Of a stretch of 64,000 nucleotides of DNA, positions 28,979 through 47,470 are shown piece by piece (within the stretch, counting starts at the first letter, position 1; each line of letters starts with the position of its first letter). This stretch comes from the human T2T-CHM13v2.0 reference genome, Homo sapiens. The stretch lies in the NCBI RefSeq assembly GCF_009914755.1, contig NC_060925.1; one strand, 5' to 3'. The notes under the pieces were generated by a model, which saw only the letters and a program-made list of their open reading frames with translations, was not told where the DNA came from and searched no databases. Made by a program: the position numbers and the translations under genes.

Positions 28979-29045
28979 TATTCTTTTTCAGGTTGATACT
29001 GAAGTTAATTTATTGGAGGCCAATTGTGCTGATTAATACTAAAAT
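28979..29045 (-). pseudogene. NUMT tRNA-Gly
   Basis: TTTTAGTATT...CCTCCAAT...AAAAAGAATA between COX3 and ND3. Confidence 0.85.
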
Positions 29046-29660
<615 letters not shown>

Positions 29661-30332
29661 CTAAGCATTATCATCTAGGTAAAGCCTAACTAGAAGCTTG
29701 AAGATGTTAGCCTGAATTAGGGCAACCGTAAATTCAGGAGTGATAAGTAATGAGAAATGTAACTAAGGCTGTTGCCGGGCAAATGGATATTAGGATTAAG
29801 GTGGCTCCACTGATTAAGCATATGGTAGATAGCCACTGTAATGTTGGCTGTTAATTGTACTGCTAGGGCCGTGGGTTGAATAAAAAGGCTAATATTATAG
29901 TTTCAATAATAACTAGCATGGGGATAAGTGGAAAGGTGTTCCTTGTGGTAGGAAGTGAGCCATTAATAATGCTTTGTTTTGTGGTGAAAGCAGGTAATTA
30001 CTGCTCCTGCTGATAGTGGGATAGTTATACCTAGATTTTCTGATAATTGGGTGGCTGGTGGGAGTGAGTGGGGTAATAATCCTAGTGAATTTGTTTAGCT
30101 GATAAATAAGTGAAATTAATATTAGAGATCAAATGTGTTCTTTGATATTATGTATTGTTATTGTTTTAGTATGAGTTGCACGAATTATTGTTGAACAGAG
30201 ACTGTTCAATAGATTATTGATTAGGTGATTGGGGGCAGGAAACATGATATTTAGAAATGAAATGATTAGAATAACAATAGGTAGTCCTGTTATTGTAGGG
30301 GTAGTGAAAGAAGTGAATAAATTTTTGTTCAC
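29661..30332 (-). pseudogene. NUMT ATP6
   Basis: ORF 30129..30332 [26 protein letters not shown]; C-terminus VALIQA..LLVSLYLDDNA*. Confidence 0.95.
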
Positions 30333-30804
30333 TTTTTTTCCTCAAGGGATCTAGTGTTTTGATGCTTTGATGTTCTTTGGTGATGGATTTAAAGAATAAA
30401 TATAGTTCAAAATTTTTAATTGAGATAGAATATATAGTACTAGAAATATTGAAACAAGGGTGATAAATCGGCAGGGCACAGTGGTAGCTCATGCCTGTAA
30501 TCCTAGCACTTTGGGAGACTGAGGCAGGAGGACCACTTCAGCTTAGGAGTTCGAGATCAGGCTGGGCAACATAGTGAGATGCCCATCTCTACAAAAAAAT
30601 TAAAAAATTAGCCAGGCATGGTGGCACACGTCTATAGTCCCAGCCACTCAGCTGGCTGAAATGAGGATCTCTTGAGCCCAGGATGTTGAGGCTGCAGTGA
30701 GTCCTGATTGTGCCACTGCACTCCAGCCTGGGCAACACAGCAAGATCCTGTCTACAAAAGAAAAAAAAACTGATAAATCATGTTGATGTGTCTAGTCATA
30801 GCAT
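30290..30804 (-). pseudogene. NUMT ATP8 split by an Alu
   Basis: ATG at 30804, MLWLDTSTWFIT; overlaps ATP6 start as in mtDNA. Confidence 0.88.
30470..30770 (+). mobile_element. AluJ-like inside NUMT ATP8
   Basis: TSD tgataaatc (30461-30469 / 30771-30779). Confidence 0.93.
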
Positions 30805-30805
30805 T

Positions 30806-30874
30806 TCATTATGAAGACATTAATACTCTCAGTCTTGAACTTAAAATATTAAGGTTATTTAGCTTCACACAATG
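30806..30874 (-). pseudogene. NUMT tRNA-Lys
   Basis: CATTGTGTGAAGCTA...TTTTAAGTT.AAGACTGAGA between COX2 and ATP8. Confidence 0.85.
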
Positions 30875-30877
30875 ACA

Positions 30878-31830
<953 letters not shown>

Positions 31831-31973
31831 AAGGATATAAAGGATTTTAACTTGTAAGTTAACTTCAACTAAGTTATTTAGTATTCTTACTAATATCTCA
31901 CTTGTTGAGAAAGCCTAGTGGTTATGGGTCTGGCTTGAAATTGGTTATGTGATTTTGATTCCTCCCTTTCTTA
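31831..31973. pseudogene. NUMT tRNA-Asp (31831-31899, -) and tRNA-Ser-UCN (31905-31973, +)
   Basis: GAGATATTAGTAA...; ttgagaaagcc...ggcttgaaa with TGA anticodon on the opposite strand, as in mtDNA. Confidence 0.88.
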
Positions 31974-32566
31974 TCTTAAGCTTTTACGTAAGCAGGCTCT
32001 TCAAATGCATGATATGGGGGTGGGCAGCCATAAGGTCATTCAAAGTTTGTAATGAAAGCCCCACTACTGAGGCTTCTCATTTTGAAGTAAAGTCTTCTCA
32101 AATTATGAAAATTTTTAATATTCTGTTAGTGAAATAGAGGAGCCTATTGATAAGATGATTTTTCATGTTGTATATGCATCAGGATAATTAGACTATTGTT
32201 ATGATATGCTGGATAAACCAAGGAAATGTTGCAGAAAGTCAGGTTTATACGCACAAATATAATTGTAAAATGAATTTTGGCTCAGGTTCAGTGTGTAACC
32301 TAAAAATTGTGAGAATCAGTGAACAAACCCTCCTATAATAATGAAAACTGCTCCTGTTGATAGAACATAGTAGAAATGTGCTACAACATAATATGTGCTA
32401 CAAAGAACAATGTCTAGTGATGAGTTAACTAGTACAATTCCTATTAGGCCCTCAACTATAAATAGAGAAATACAGCCTAAGGCTCAAAATACAGCTGGAG
32501 ATCATTTAATATTACCTCCATGTAGTGTTGCTAGTCAACTAGATACTTTAACTCCTGTGGGAATAG
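31974..32566 (-). pseudogene. NUMT COX1 3' part
   Basis: [35 protein letters not shown]. Confidence 0.94.
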
Positions 32567-32906
32567 TGACATGGTTTGGATTTGTGTCCCTACCCAAATC
32601 TCATGTTGAATTGTAATCCCCAGTGTTAGAATGGGGCCTAGTGGGAGGTGATTGGATTATGGGAGTGGATCCTTCGTGAATGGTTTAGCACCATCCCTTT
32701 GATGCTATTCTTGTGATAGAGTTCTCATGAGATCTGGTTGGTTAAAAGTGTGCAGCACCTCCCACTTACCCTCTCTTCCTCCTGCTCTGGCTGTGTGAAG
32801 ACATGCCTGCTTTCCCTTTGCTTTCCATCATGACTGTAAGTTTCCTGAGGCCTCTCCAGAAGCTGAGCAGAAGCTGCTATGCTTCCTATACAGCCTGAGG
32901 AACTAT
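32567..32906 (+). mobile_element. MST (ERVL-MaLR) LTR, 3' end truncated
   Basis: tgacatggtttggatttgtgtccctacccaaatctcatgttgaattgtaatcccc; breaks off before the LTR poly(A) region. Confidence 0.9.
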
Positions 32907-35900
32907 AAGAAAAAAGAATAAGAAAATATGAACTTAGTCTCCAAGAAGTCTGGGATTATGTTAAATGACCAAACCTAAGAATAATCAGCATTCCTGAGGA
33001 AGAAGAGAAATCTAAAAGTTTGGAAAACACATTTGGGGGAATAATCAAGGCAAACTTGCCCAGCCTTGCTAGAGACCTAGACATCCAAATACAAGAAGCA
33101 CAAAGAACACCTGGGAAATTCATCGCAAAAAATCATTGCCTAGGCACATTGTCATCAGGATATCTAAAGTTAAGATGAAGGAAAGAATCTTAAGAACTGT
33201 GAGATGAATGCACTGGGTAACCTATAAAGGAAAACCTATCAGATTAACAGCAGATTTCTCAGAAGAAACCCTACAATCTAGAAGAGATTGGGGCCCTATC
33301 TTCAGCCTTTTCAAAAAAACAATTATCAGCTAAGAATTTCATATCCAGTGAAACTAAGCATCATCTATAAGGAAAGACAGTCTTTTTCAGACAAACAAAT
33401 ACTGAGAGAATTCACCACTACCAAGCCACCACTACGAGAATTGCTAAAAGGAACTCTAAATCTTGAAACAAATCCTGGAAACACATCAAAACGAACCTCT
33501 TTAAATCATAAATCTCACAGGACCTAAAAGAAAAATACAATTTAAAAGGCAAAAAAAAAAAAAAAACCCAAAAAACCAAGGTACACAGGTAACAAATAGC
33601 ACAATGAATGAAATGGTACCTCAAATCTCAGTACTAACATTCAATGTAAATGGCCTAAATGCCTAAATGCTCCACTTAAAAGACACAGAACTGCAGAATG
33701 GATAATAATTCACCAACCAACTATCTGCTGCCTTCAAGAGACTCACCTAACACATAAGGACTCACATAAACTTAAAGTTAAGGGGTGGAAAAAGGCATTT
33801 CATGCAAATGGACACCAAAAGCAAGCAGGAGTAGCTATTCTTACATCGGACAAAACAAACTTTAAAGCAACAGCAGTTAAAAAAGATAAAGAGGGACATT
33901 ATATAATGGTAAAAGGCCTTGACCAACAGGAAAATATCACAATCCTAAACATATATGCACCTAACACTGGAGCTCCCAAATTTATGAAACAATTACTAAT
34001 AGATGTAAGAAATGAGATAGACAGCAACACAATAATAGCAGGGGACTTCAATACTCCACTGACAGCACTAGACAGGTCATCAATTCAGAAAGTCAACAAA
34101 GAAACAATGGATTTAAACTATACCTTGGAACAAATGGACTTAAAGGATATATACAGAACACTCCATCCAACAACTGCAGAATACACAATCTATTCAACAG
34201 TGCATGGAACATTCTCCAAGATAGACTATATGACAGGTCACAAAACGAGCCTCAATAAATTTAAGAAAAGTGAAATTATATCAAGCAGTCTGTCAGACCA
34301 CAGTGGAATAAAACTGGAAATCGACTCCAAAAGGAACCATCAAAACCATGCAAATACATGGAAATTAATAACCTGCTCCTGAATGATCATTGGGTCAAAA
34401 ATGAAATCAAGATGGAGATTTAAAAATTCTTTGAACTGAATGACAATAGTGACACAACCTATCAAAACCTCTGGGATACAGCAAAGGCAGTGCTAAGAGC
34501 AAAGTTCATAGCCCTAAACGCCTACATCACAAAGACTGAAAGAGCACAAACTGACATTCTAAGGTCACACTTCAAGGAACTAGAGAAACAAGAAACCAGC
34601 AGAAGAAAGGAAATAACCAAGATCAGAGCAGAACTAAATGAAATTGAAACAACAACAACAAAAAATACAAAAGATAAATGAAACAAAAGCTAGTTCTTTG
34701 AAAAGAAAAATAAAATTGATAGACCATTAGCAAGATTAACCAAGAAAAGAGGAGAGAAAATCCAAATAACCTCAATAAGAAATGAAACAGGAGATATTAC
34801 AACTGACACCATAGAAACACGAAAGATCATTCAGTGCTACTACGAACACCTTTATGTGCATAAACTAGAAAACCTAGAAGAGATTGATAAATTCCTGGAA
34901 AAATACAACCCTCCTAGCTTAAGTCAGGAAGAATTAGATACCCTGAACAGACCAAGAACAAGCAGCAAGATTGAAATGGTAATTAAAAAATAACGAACAA
35001 AAAAAAGTCCGAGACCAGGTGGATTCACAGCAGAATTCTACCAGACATTCAAAGAAGAATTGTTACCAATCCTATTGACAGTACTCCACAAGATAGAAAA
35101 AGTGGGAACCTTCCTTAATTCATTCTATGAAGCCAGCATTACCCTAATACCAAAACTAGGAAAGTACATAACCAAAAAAGAAAGCTACAGACCAATATCC
35201 CTAATGAACATAGTTGCTAAAATCTTTAACAAAATACTAGCTAACTGAATCCAACAACATATCAAAAAGATAATCCACCATGATCAAGTGGGTTTCATAC
35301 CAGGGATGCAGGGATGGTTTAACATACACGAGTCAATAAATGTGATACACCACATAAACAGAATTAAAAACAAAAATCACATGATCATCTCAATAGATAC
35401 AGAAAAAGCATCTGACAAAATCCAGCATCCCTTTATGATTAAAACTCTCAGCAAAATCGGCATACAAGGGACATACCTCAATGTAATAAAAGCCATCTAT
35501 GACAAATCCACAGCCAACATAATACTGAATGGGGAAAAATCAAAAAGCATTCCCTCTGAGAACTGGAACAAGATAAGGATGCCCACTCTCACCACTCCTC
35601 TTCAACATAGTAATGGAAGTCCTAGCCAGAGCAATCAGACAAGAGAAAGAAATAAAGGGCATCCAAATTGGTAAAGAGAAAGTCAAACTATCACTGTTTC
35701 CTGACGATATGATAATTTATCTCGAAAACCCTAAAGACTCCTCCAGAAAGCTCCTAGAACTGATAAAATAATTCAGCAAAGTTTCTGGATACAAGATTAA
35801 TGTACACAAATCAGTAGCTCTTCTATATACCAACAGTGACCAAGCAGAGAATCAAATCAAGAACTCAACCCTTTTTACAATAGCTGCAAAAAATAAAATA

Positions 35901-37263
35901 AAATACTTAGGAATATACCTAACCAAGGAGGTGAAAGACCTCTACAAGGAAAACTACAAAACATTGCTGAAATAAATTGTAGATGACACAAACAAATGGA
36001 AACACATCCCATGCTTGTAAATGAATAGACTCAATATTGTAAAAATGACCATACTCCCAAAAGCAATCTACAAATTCAATGTAATCCCCATCAAAATACC
36101 ACCATCATTCTTCACAGAATTAGAAAAACAATTCTAAAATTCATATGGAACCAAAAAAGAGCTTGCATAACCAAAGCAAGATTAAGCAAAAAGAACAAAT
36201 CTGGAGGCATCATACTACCTGATTTCAAACTATACTATAAGGCCATAGTCACCAAAACAGCATGGTACTGGTATAAAAATAGGCACATAGACCAATGGAA
36301 CAGAATAGAGAATCTGGAAATACACCCAAATACTTACAGCCAACTAATCTTTGACAAAGCAAACAAAAACATAAGGTGGGGAAAGGACTCTCTTTTCAAC
36401 AAATAGTGCTGGGATAATTGGCTAGTCACATGTAGGAGAATGAAACTGGATCCTCATCCCTCACCTTATACAAAAATCAACTCAAGATGGATTAAGGACT
36501 TAAATCTAAGACCTGAAACTGTAAAAAATATAGAGGATAACCTTGGAAAAACCCTTCTAGACATTGGCTTAGGCAAGGATTTCATGACCAAGAACCCAAA
36601 AGCAAATGCAATAAAAAGAAATATAAATAGCTGGGACTTAATTAAACTGAAGAGCTTTTGCATGGCAAAAGGAACAGTCAGCAGAATAAACAGACAACCC
36701 ACGGAATGGGAGAAAAATCTTCACTGTCTACGCATCTGACAAAGGACTAATATCCAGAATCTACAACAAAGTCAAACAAATTGGCAAGAAAAAAATATCC
36801 CATCAAAAAGTGGGCTAAGGACACGAATAGGCAATCTTCAAAAGAAGATATGCAAATGGCCAACAAACATATGAAAAGATGCTCAACATCACCAGTGATC
36901 TGGGAAATGCAAATCAAAACCACAATGCGATACCACCTTACTCCTGCAAGAATAGCCGTAATCAAAAAATTTAAAAAAGCAGATGTTGGCATGGATGCAG
37001 TAATCAGGGGACACTTACACACTGTTTGTGGGAATGTAAACTGTAACAGCCACTGTGGAAAACAGTGTGGAGATCCCCTAAAGAACTAAAAGTAGAACTA
37101 CCATTTGATCCAGTAATCCCACTACTGGGTATATACCCAGAGGAAAAGAAGTCATTATATGAAAAAGATACTTGCACACACATGTTTATAGCAGCAATTT
37201 GCAATTGCAAAATCGTGGAACCAACCCAAATGCCCATCAATCAATAATGAGTGGATAAACTGT

Positions 37264-37266
<3 letters not shown>

Positions 37267-37312
<46 letters not shown>
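37267..37312. repeat. (AT)n microsatellite, ~23 units
   Basis: pure AT run within the L1 3' region. Confidence 0.95.
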
Positions 37313-37317
<5 letters not shown>

Positions 37318-37634
37318 AATACTACTCAGCCATAAAAAGGAATGAATTAATGGCATTCCCAGCAACCTGGATGAGATTGGAGATTATTATTCTAAATGAA
37401 GTAACTCAGGAATGGAAAACCAAACATCGTTATGTTCTCACTGATATGTAGGAGCTAAGCTATGAGGACACAAAGGCATAAGAATGATACAATGGACTTT
37501 GGGGACTTGGGGGTAAGAGTGGGAGTGTGGGGGCGAGGGATAAAAGACTACAAATAGGGTGCAGTGTATACTACTCAGATGATGGGTGCACCAAAATCTC
37601 ACAAATCACCATTAAAGAACTTACTCATATAAAC

Positions 37635-37952
<318 letters not shown>

Positions 37953-38020
37953 TCATGTAACCAAACACCACCTGTACCCCAGTAACCTATGGAAAAATAA
38001 TAAAAATAAATAAATAAAAA

Positions 38021-38209
38021 ACATTATTACCAGCACATAGGCAGTGATGATGACATTATAAAATTTGATCATCAACTATCAGGGCCACTGATTGACCCAT
38101 TTCAGTTCAAATTAAAAGATTTAGGAAAGTTTCTACTATTCCAGCTCAAGCATCAAATAGTAAATGCAGTGTGTTAATACCTTTGTGGTTTGTCAAGATT
38201 AATGAATGT
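38021..38209 (-). pseudogene. NUMT COX1 5' part (~first 67 codons)
   Basis: FIN..TNHK.I.TL.LLF.AWAGMV..DDQI..NVIITA. Confidence 0.92.
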
Positions 38210-38218
38210 AGACAGTAA

Positions 38219-38736
38219 GGTAAAATGGCTGAGTAAGCTTTAGACTATAAATCTAAAGAGAGATTGAGCTCTCTTTTTACCAAGTCTTGTGGTGAATATT
38301 TAAAGTGAATTGCAAACTCAAAAGAGCTGCTCTAATTCTTCCAGGGTTTCTCCCACCTTTTTTCCCTTGATGGCAGAAGTAGATTAAACCCAGTTGATTA
38401 GAGTTAGCAGTTAACTAACTCTCTGCGGGATTGGATGCCACTGATCTGTCTAGTAAGGATTTAGCTTAATTAAGGTGTTTGATTTGCATTCTGCTGATGT
38501 AAGATAGAGTCTTGTGTCCTTATTTTTCAGGAATTAAGTATGGAGTACTTTCTTAGTCTTTTTTTTTTTTTGTAGAGACGAGGTCTCGCTATGTTGGCCA
38601 GGTTGGTCTTGAACTCCTGGCCTCTAGTAATGCCTTGAACTGTCTTGGTCTCTCAAAGTGCTAGGATTACAGGCATGAGTCACCATGCCCAGCCTTAGTG
38701 ATCTGAAGGTTCTTGGTCTGTCTAAATTAAATTCCT
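38219..38736. pseudogene. NUMT WANCY cluster: Tyr 38219-38282(+), Cys 38283-38349(+), OL ~38348-38379, Asn 38380-38453(+), Ala 38455-38522(+), Trp 38528-38736(-, split by a FLAM)
   Basis: ggtaaaatggctgagtaagc; ttgcaaa anticodon loop; ttctcccacctttttttccc stem-loop remnant; ttagcttaattaa..tttgcat. Confidence 0.92.
38558..38694 (-). mobile_element. FLAM/Alu monomer inside NUMT tRNA-Trp
   Basis: single arm; cttagt duplication. Confidence 0.88.
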
Positions 38737-39505
38737 AGTCCAGTGTTGAGAATGTTGGTGCAAGTCAGAGGGAAAAAGGTTGATAGTATAACAAGTAATG
38801 ATAGAAAGAATGTTTTGTATTTTTGAATTGTCTCTTTGTTTTCATGTTGTTGGTTGTTGGGAATATTGTTAATGATGCTCAACATCACTAACAATTGTAT
38901 ATAAAAATGTAAGTTGAATAATGCATGATAACTATAAATTTTGGTATAATAATGCTATTTTGGGGGTTAATTCCAGAATAATGATTAATTTGGGTAAAAA
39001 TCCTGTAAGTGGTGATTGTAACCCTAAAGATAATAGGATTATAAGGATTGTGGAAGTTATTAGTGATAATTTATTTTATGTATGTGGAAGTGATAATGTT
39101 GTGATAGTTGTGTTTAAACTGAATATTATGAATACAGTAATTTTTAGTATAATGTAAATTCGTAGACAAGATTATTGTAATTGATGAATAGGTTAAGTTT
39201 TTTTGTCATTGTGTCTGATTTAGTCCTCAGCCTCCTACAAGAATTAATATTATAGCAATGATTGGTATTATGTTTAGGTCAATTGATGATACTTGGAGTA
39301 GAATTGAAATTGGTACCCGTTTTGGTCATGTTAATGGGATTATGCCTGATATTAGTGGATTTCCTTCTGTTATTTCTGGGACTCAAAAATGGAATGGGGA
39401 GAGTCCAAGTTTTATAACTAGTGCCACAGTAATTATTAGGGATGCTGTTGGGTTGGGGATTTTTATGATTGTTCATTACCCAGAGTATAATGTATTAATA
39501 ATAAT
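38737..39505 (-). pseudogene. NUMT ND2 (5' ~70 codons missing)
   Basis: MKLGLSPFHFWVPE..LTW.K..LVGGWGLNQTQ..PLTGFLPK. Confidence 0.93.
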
Positions 39506-40671
39506 AGCAAGTTATTCAGAAGATTTGGCTAAGGTCATTGATGAAGGTAGCTATGCTAAACAACATTTTCAATGTACATGAAACAGCCTTATATCAGAAG
39601 AAGATGCCATCTAGGACTTTCATAGCCAGAGAGGAGAAGTCAATGCCTGGCTTCAAAGCTTCAAAGGACAGGCTGACTCTCTTGATAGGGCCCAATGCAG
39701 CAGGTAATTTTAAGGTGAGGCCCATGCATTTACCATTGTGAAAATCCTAGGGCCCTTAAGAACTCTCCTAACTCTACTCAGCCTGTGCTCTATAACTGGA
39801 ACAACAAAGTCTAGGTGACAGCACATCTGTTTACAGAATGGTTTACTGAATATTTTAAGCGCACTTTTGAGACCTTCTGCTCAGAAAAAAAGATTCCTTT
39901 TAAAATATTACTGCTCATTGACAATGCACTTGGCCAACCAAGAGCTCTGACAGAGATGTACAAGGAGATTAATGTTATGTTCATGCCTGCTAACACATCC
40001 ATTCTGCATCCCATGGGTCAAGGGGTCAATTTGACTTTCAAAGTCTTATTATTTAAGATACATTTTGTAAGGCTATAGCTGCCACAGACAGTGACTCCTC
40101 TGAGGTATCTGGACAAACTAAATTGAAAACTTTCTGGAAAGCATTCACCATTCTGGATGCTACTAAGAACATTCATGATTCTTGGGGGGAAGTCAAAATA
40201 TCAACATTAACAGGAGTTTGGAAGAAGTTGATTCCAACCCTCATGGATGACTTTGTTGGGTTTAAGATGTCAGTAGAGAACATAGCTGCATGTGGTGCAA
40301 ATAGCAAGAGAACTAGAAGTAGAACCTCAAGATGTGACTGAATTGCCAAAGCCACCCCAACTTTCAGCAACCACCACCCTGATCAGTCAGCAGCCATCAA
40401 CATGGAGGCAACATCCTCTACCAGCAGAAAGATTGACTTGTGGAAGGCTTAGATGATTGTTAGCATTTTTTAGCAATACATTGTTTTAAAATATAGGTAT
40501 GTGCATTTTTAAGGTCTAATACTATTGCACACTTAATAGACAATAGTATAGTGCAAATATAACTTTTATATGCACTGGGAAGTGAAAGAATTTGTGTGAC
40601 TCAATTTATTGTGATACTTCTTTATTGCAGTGGTCTGGAACTGAATCCTCAATATCTCTCAAGTATGCCTG
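39506..40671 (+). mobile_element. Tigger1 DNA transposon, 3' portion with right TIR
   Basis: pogo-like DDE remnants ([37 protein letters not shown]; LLLIDNA); ends ...aagtatgcctg followed by TA. Confidence 0.95.
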
Positions 40672-42040
40672 TAGTTAGAAACCAACCTGGATTGCTCCTA
40701 TCTGAATGCATATCACATAGGACTTTAATTGTTAAACAAATGAACAATTAACAATGTTTACGTCAAAGGGATGTTCTGATTCAACATCAAAGTTGTAAAT
40801 CCTATTGTCAATATGGACTCTAGAATAGGATTACACTGTTATTCCTAGGGTAACTTTTTCTGTTGATTGAATTGTTTGGGTCAGTTGATGATTATGCTAC
40901 TTCAACTGGATAGGTCTAAGTGTTAATCATTTGGAGGTTATGTTGTGCTCTGAGGTCACCCCAGCTGAAAGTTTTAGTCCAGTAAGTACAGTGTTATGCT
41001 TTATAATTGGGTTGTTTGCTTTTATATGGTCTCATTAATTTAACCTTCATAGGGTCATCTTGTCTTATTTTTATATCCTTGCCTCTTCATGTGAAGGCCA
41101 ATTTCATGGAAAGTAAGAGACAGTTAATCCTTCCTGTGGCCATTCATTCAAGTTCCTATTTAGGGAACCAGTGATTATGTTGCCTTTGCATGGTCAGGAG
41201 ACCAAAGCTGTTAAACATGTCACTGAGTAGGCAGTGCCTCTAATACTAGGTTGCTAGAGGTGATGTTTCATTAAACAGGTGGCATTTGTGTTTGCTGAGA
41301 TCCTTTTACTTTTTGAGATCTTTCCTTAGGTGCATGCCTGTGTTGTGTTAATAATTATTTGAATAAACAGTCAATTAATTAATTTAGTTTTCTTTAGTCA
41401 TTAACTATCAGTGGATATCCGATCTAAGTTTCTGCAAGGAGATTTTGTTTCTTGTTATTTATATTAACAGTATTTCTTCTGGTTATAAATAGGTTAATCA
41501 GTAAAATGTTAGGGGCTTATGGAAATAGTTGGGATTAAGATATCAGAATTGCTGGGCTTGAATGAGTTCTTAATTAGTGGCTGGCTACTTTTAAGCCACC
41601 TATGACAATTTAATAACTTACACTTTATTAAAAATTATTTCTTGTTTATAAAGAGGTGTCCCTTTTTAGATTAACACTTAAACTTACATTAAGATTAACA
41701 TTTCTTTAGGTGAATTTAAAGTTGAACTGAAATTCTATTCTGAATAACCAGCTATCACCATATTTGGCTGACTTTTCACCTCTACTCAGGGATTTTCTTA
41801 CTATTTTTGCTACATTCATGAGTTCTTACAACCATCCATGAGTATCCTGTCTAATTTCAGTGTTTTTAGCTAAAGTTCTCTTTATGAAGTTGTTCTAGTT
41901 AATTCATTATGCGAGAAGTATAAGCCATTAGGTTTGCTTTTTAAATTTATCTTTCCCTTATGGTACTTTTTCCATAGCATGTAAAGAAATTTCTGTCTCC
42001 TATACTTTTTGTTGTGAGTGAATGTTTTGTTCTAAATAAA
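40672..42040 (-). pseudogene. NUMT 16S rRNA (MT-RNR2-like), most of the gene
   Basis: reverse complements of conserved 16S motifs (TTAAAGTCCTA.GTGAT..; CCCTAGG.ATAACAG; TGACC.TGCAAAGG; TAGCTGGTT.T.CAGAA). Confidence 0.95.
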
Positions 42041-42099
42041 TATAATTATTACTTTTTGTTTGTGTGTATGTGTGTGTGTATACATGACATAAATGTGAA

Positions 42100-42560
42100 T
42101 ATACCATTATTTTATGCAATTTATTTTTAACTTAATAATATATTATTGTGGTATGTGTAGGTCTGTACATAGAAGTCTACCTTGTCCATATTAAAGATGA
42201 CCTAGTCTACTGTATGGATATAATTTATTCTGTGTATTGATGGCATCATAGATTGTTTTCGGTTTTTGCTAGAATAAACAGTGTGACAACATTCTTAGTA
42301 CTTGACTCTTTGTACACAGGGGAACATTTTTCTCAGATACCTAAAGGTAGAATTGCTGTTCTGAATGGTGTGTACCTTTTCTACTTTAATAACTACCACT
42401 GACCCAATTTGCACTCAAACTGAAATTCTGTAAGACTCCCCATTTCCTCCCACCATCACCAATACTAGATAGTATCAGTCTTTTTATTTTTTTGCCAATC
42501 TGATGGGTGGTAAATAGTATCTCATTATTCCTTAATTACTAGTAACATTTTGTTGTTTTA
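42100..42560 (-). mobile_element. Old L1ME-like fragment
   Basis: tttttgccaatctgatgggt..aaatagtatctcatt pattern. Confidence 0.6.
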
Positions 42561-43084
42561 TGATATATGGTGCTTTTACTCTATATAATTTTGCACCGTT
42601 TTAACACTAAGGTTGTATCATAAGCACTTTTTCCCTGTTACTACAATGAATTATTTTCTAGTCTCTGTTGACACACACACACAAGGACATTGCCAATTTT
42701 TGTTATTTTTTTGGTCTTAAGACATATTTTGTCAAGGTAGCTATCATGTATCTATTGATAGTATGTAACCTTTGGGGACAAACAGATTTTGTTTTTTGCA
42801 AGAGTGATTTAAACAGGTTAAAAAAAGAATCCACAAACCAAGTTTCTTCTCTCTTGATTCCTGTTTCTGTAGCAATTCCAGTGGAACTTGTTAGACAACA
42901 TCACATATCTCTTCATGAAGTACTGGAGGCTGCTGTCCAATTACTGGGTTGGTGGTTTGCCAGTGGGACATAGACTACATTGGCTTATAGCTATAGGAAT
43001 CCCAGTTACATTATTTGGTAATGCACTCTGTGGTGGAAATCTTAAATTGACATTCAATCTCCAGATTTCTTCTAGTGTGTCTTC

Positions 43085-45716
<2,632 letters not shown>

Positions 45717-46160
45717 TCATTTCTGTTCTTATAACCACATTTGAAATATACTACTACATAGAAAATATCATGTATTTTTTTCTCCTCTCTGACAAAAGCA
45801 AGCATTACTTTATAATTTTTAGGTATACATTGGTAAGGTGTTTACACATTTGGGCAAAATGCCAATATTATTTTGCAATTTGTACACAAAATAACACCCA
45901 TAAGTATGCTATACCTATTTAAAATTATTTTTCTATAAAACATAATTGCAAAGTTCTAGGAAGATTAAAATAAGAAAAAAGTCCCTCATAATCCTGATAT
46001 ACATATTTGAGGATTATATTCACAGATAGATAGAAGAATGATAGATGATAGCTATCTAGAGAAGCACATGGTAGAATTGTTAGGAGAATAAGGACGTGGT
46101 GTCAGACAACCTTAGTTCAAATCTTGGCTCCAACACTTGCCAGCAGCATGTGTTTGATAA

Positions 46161-46511
<351 letters not shown>

Positions 46512-47120
46512 TAAAATGGGGGTAATCTTAGCACCCAACTTGTATAGTTATTATATAAAAGAGAATATATTTAAAGTTCTTAGCATAATGCCTGGCATAT
46601 GTAGCTCAAATAATTAACTGTCATAGGAACAGGTATGTGATTATCTTTTTTTGCATGATTTACTCAGAAAATACAAGACTATTAGTCCAAAGATTCTTAA
46701 ACTTTCCTTCAAGGAAGTGATACTTCTTGATTTCTGCTTTTAGTTATTTCTACATATAATTTCATATAATCTATGGTACATTGGCTGTCTTCCTCAAAGA
46801 CTCATCCAAGGAATACTAGATAATAAATGACCTTCAAATGTATTCAAAACTTGCCAGTACTTGCTAATTCTCTACAAGTTATATTTAAGAACTGAACAGT
46901 GTTGATCCTACTTTGGGTTTGTATTAAATTGCTTGATGTTGGTTTGGGGACCAGTGGACTTTAGAACTAAGTATAACCTGTGAGTACACAGAGGAAAGTG
47001 GAAACCTAGATTCTGCCTTTACTGTCCCCAGAGATGGCTGTGTCCAAAGATGAACACAGACTAAATTCAGAAAACATGTTCATCTTTAAAGGAAGAATTA
47101 CCATTGAAAAACCAAAAGGT

Positions 47121-47470
<350 letters not shown>

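Noticed and set aside
39538-40341. Domesticated TIGD1-like transposase gene
   Set aside because: Fragmented across frames, lacks the N-terminal DNA-binding region; ordinary Tigger1 relic
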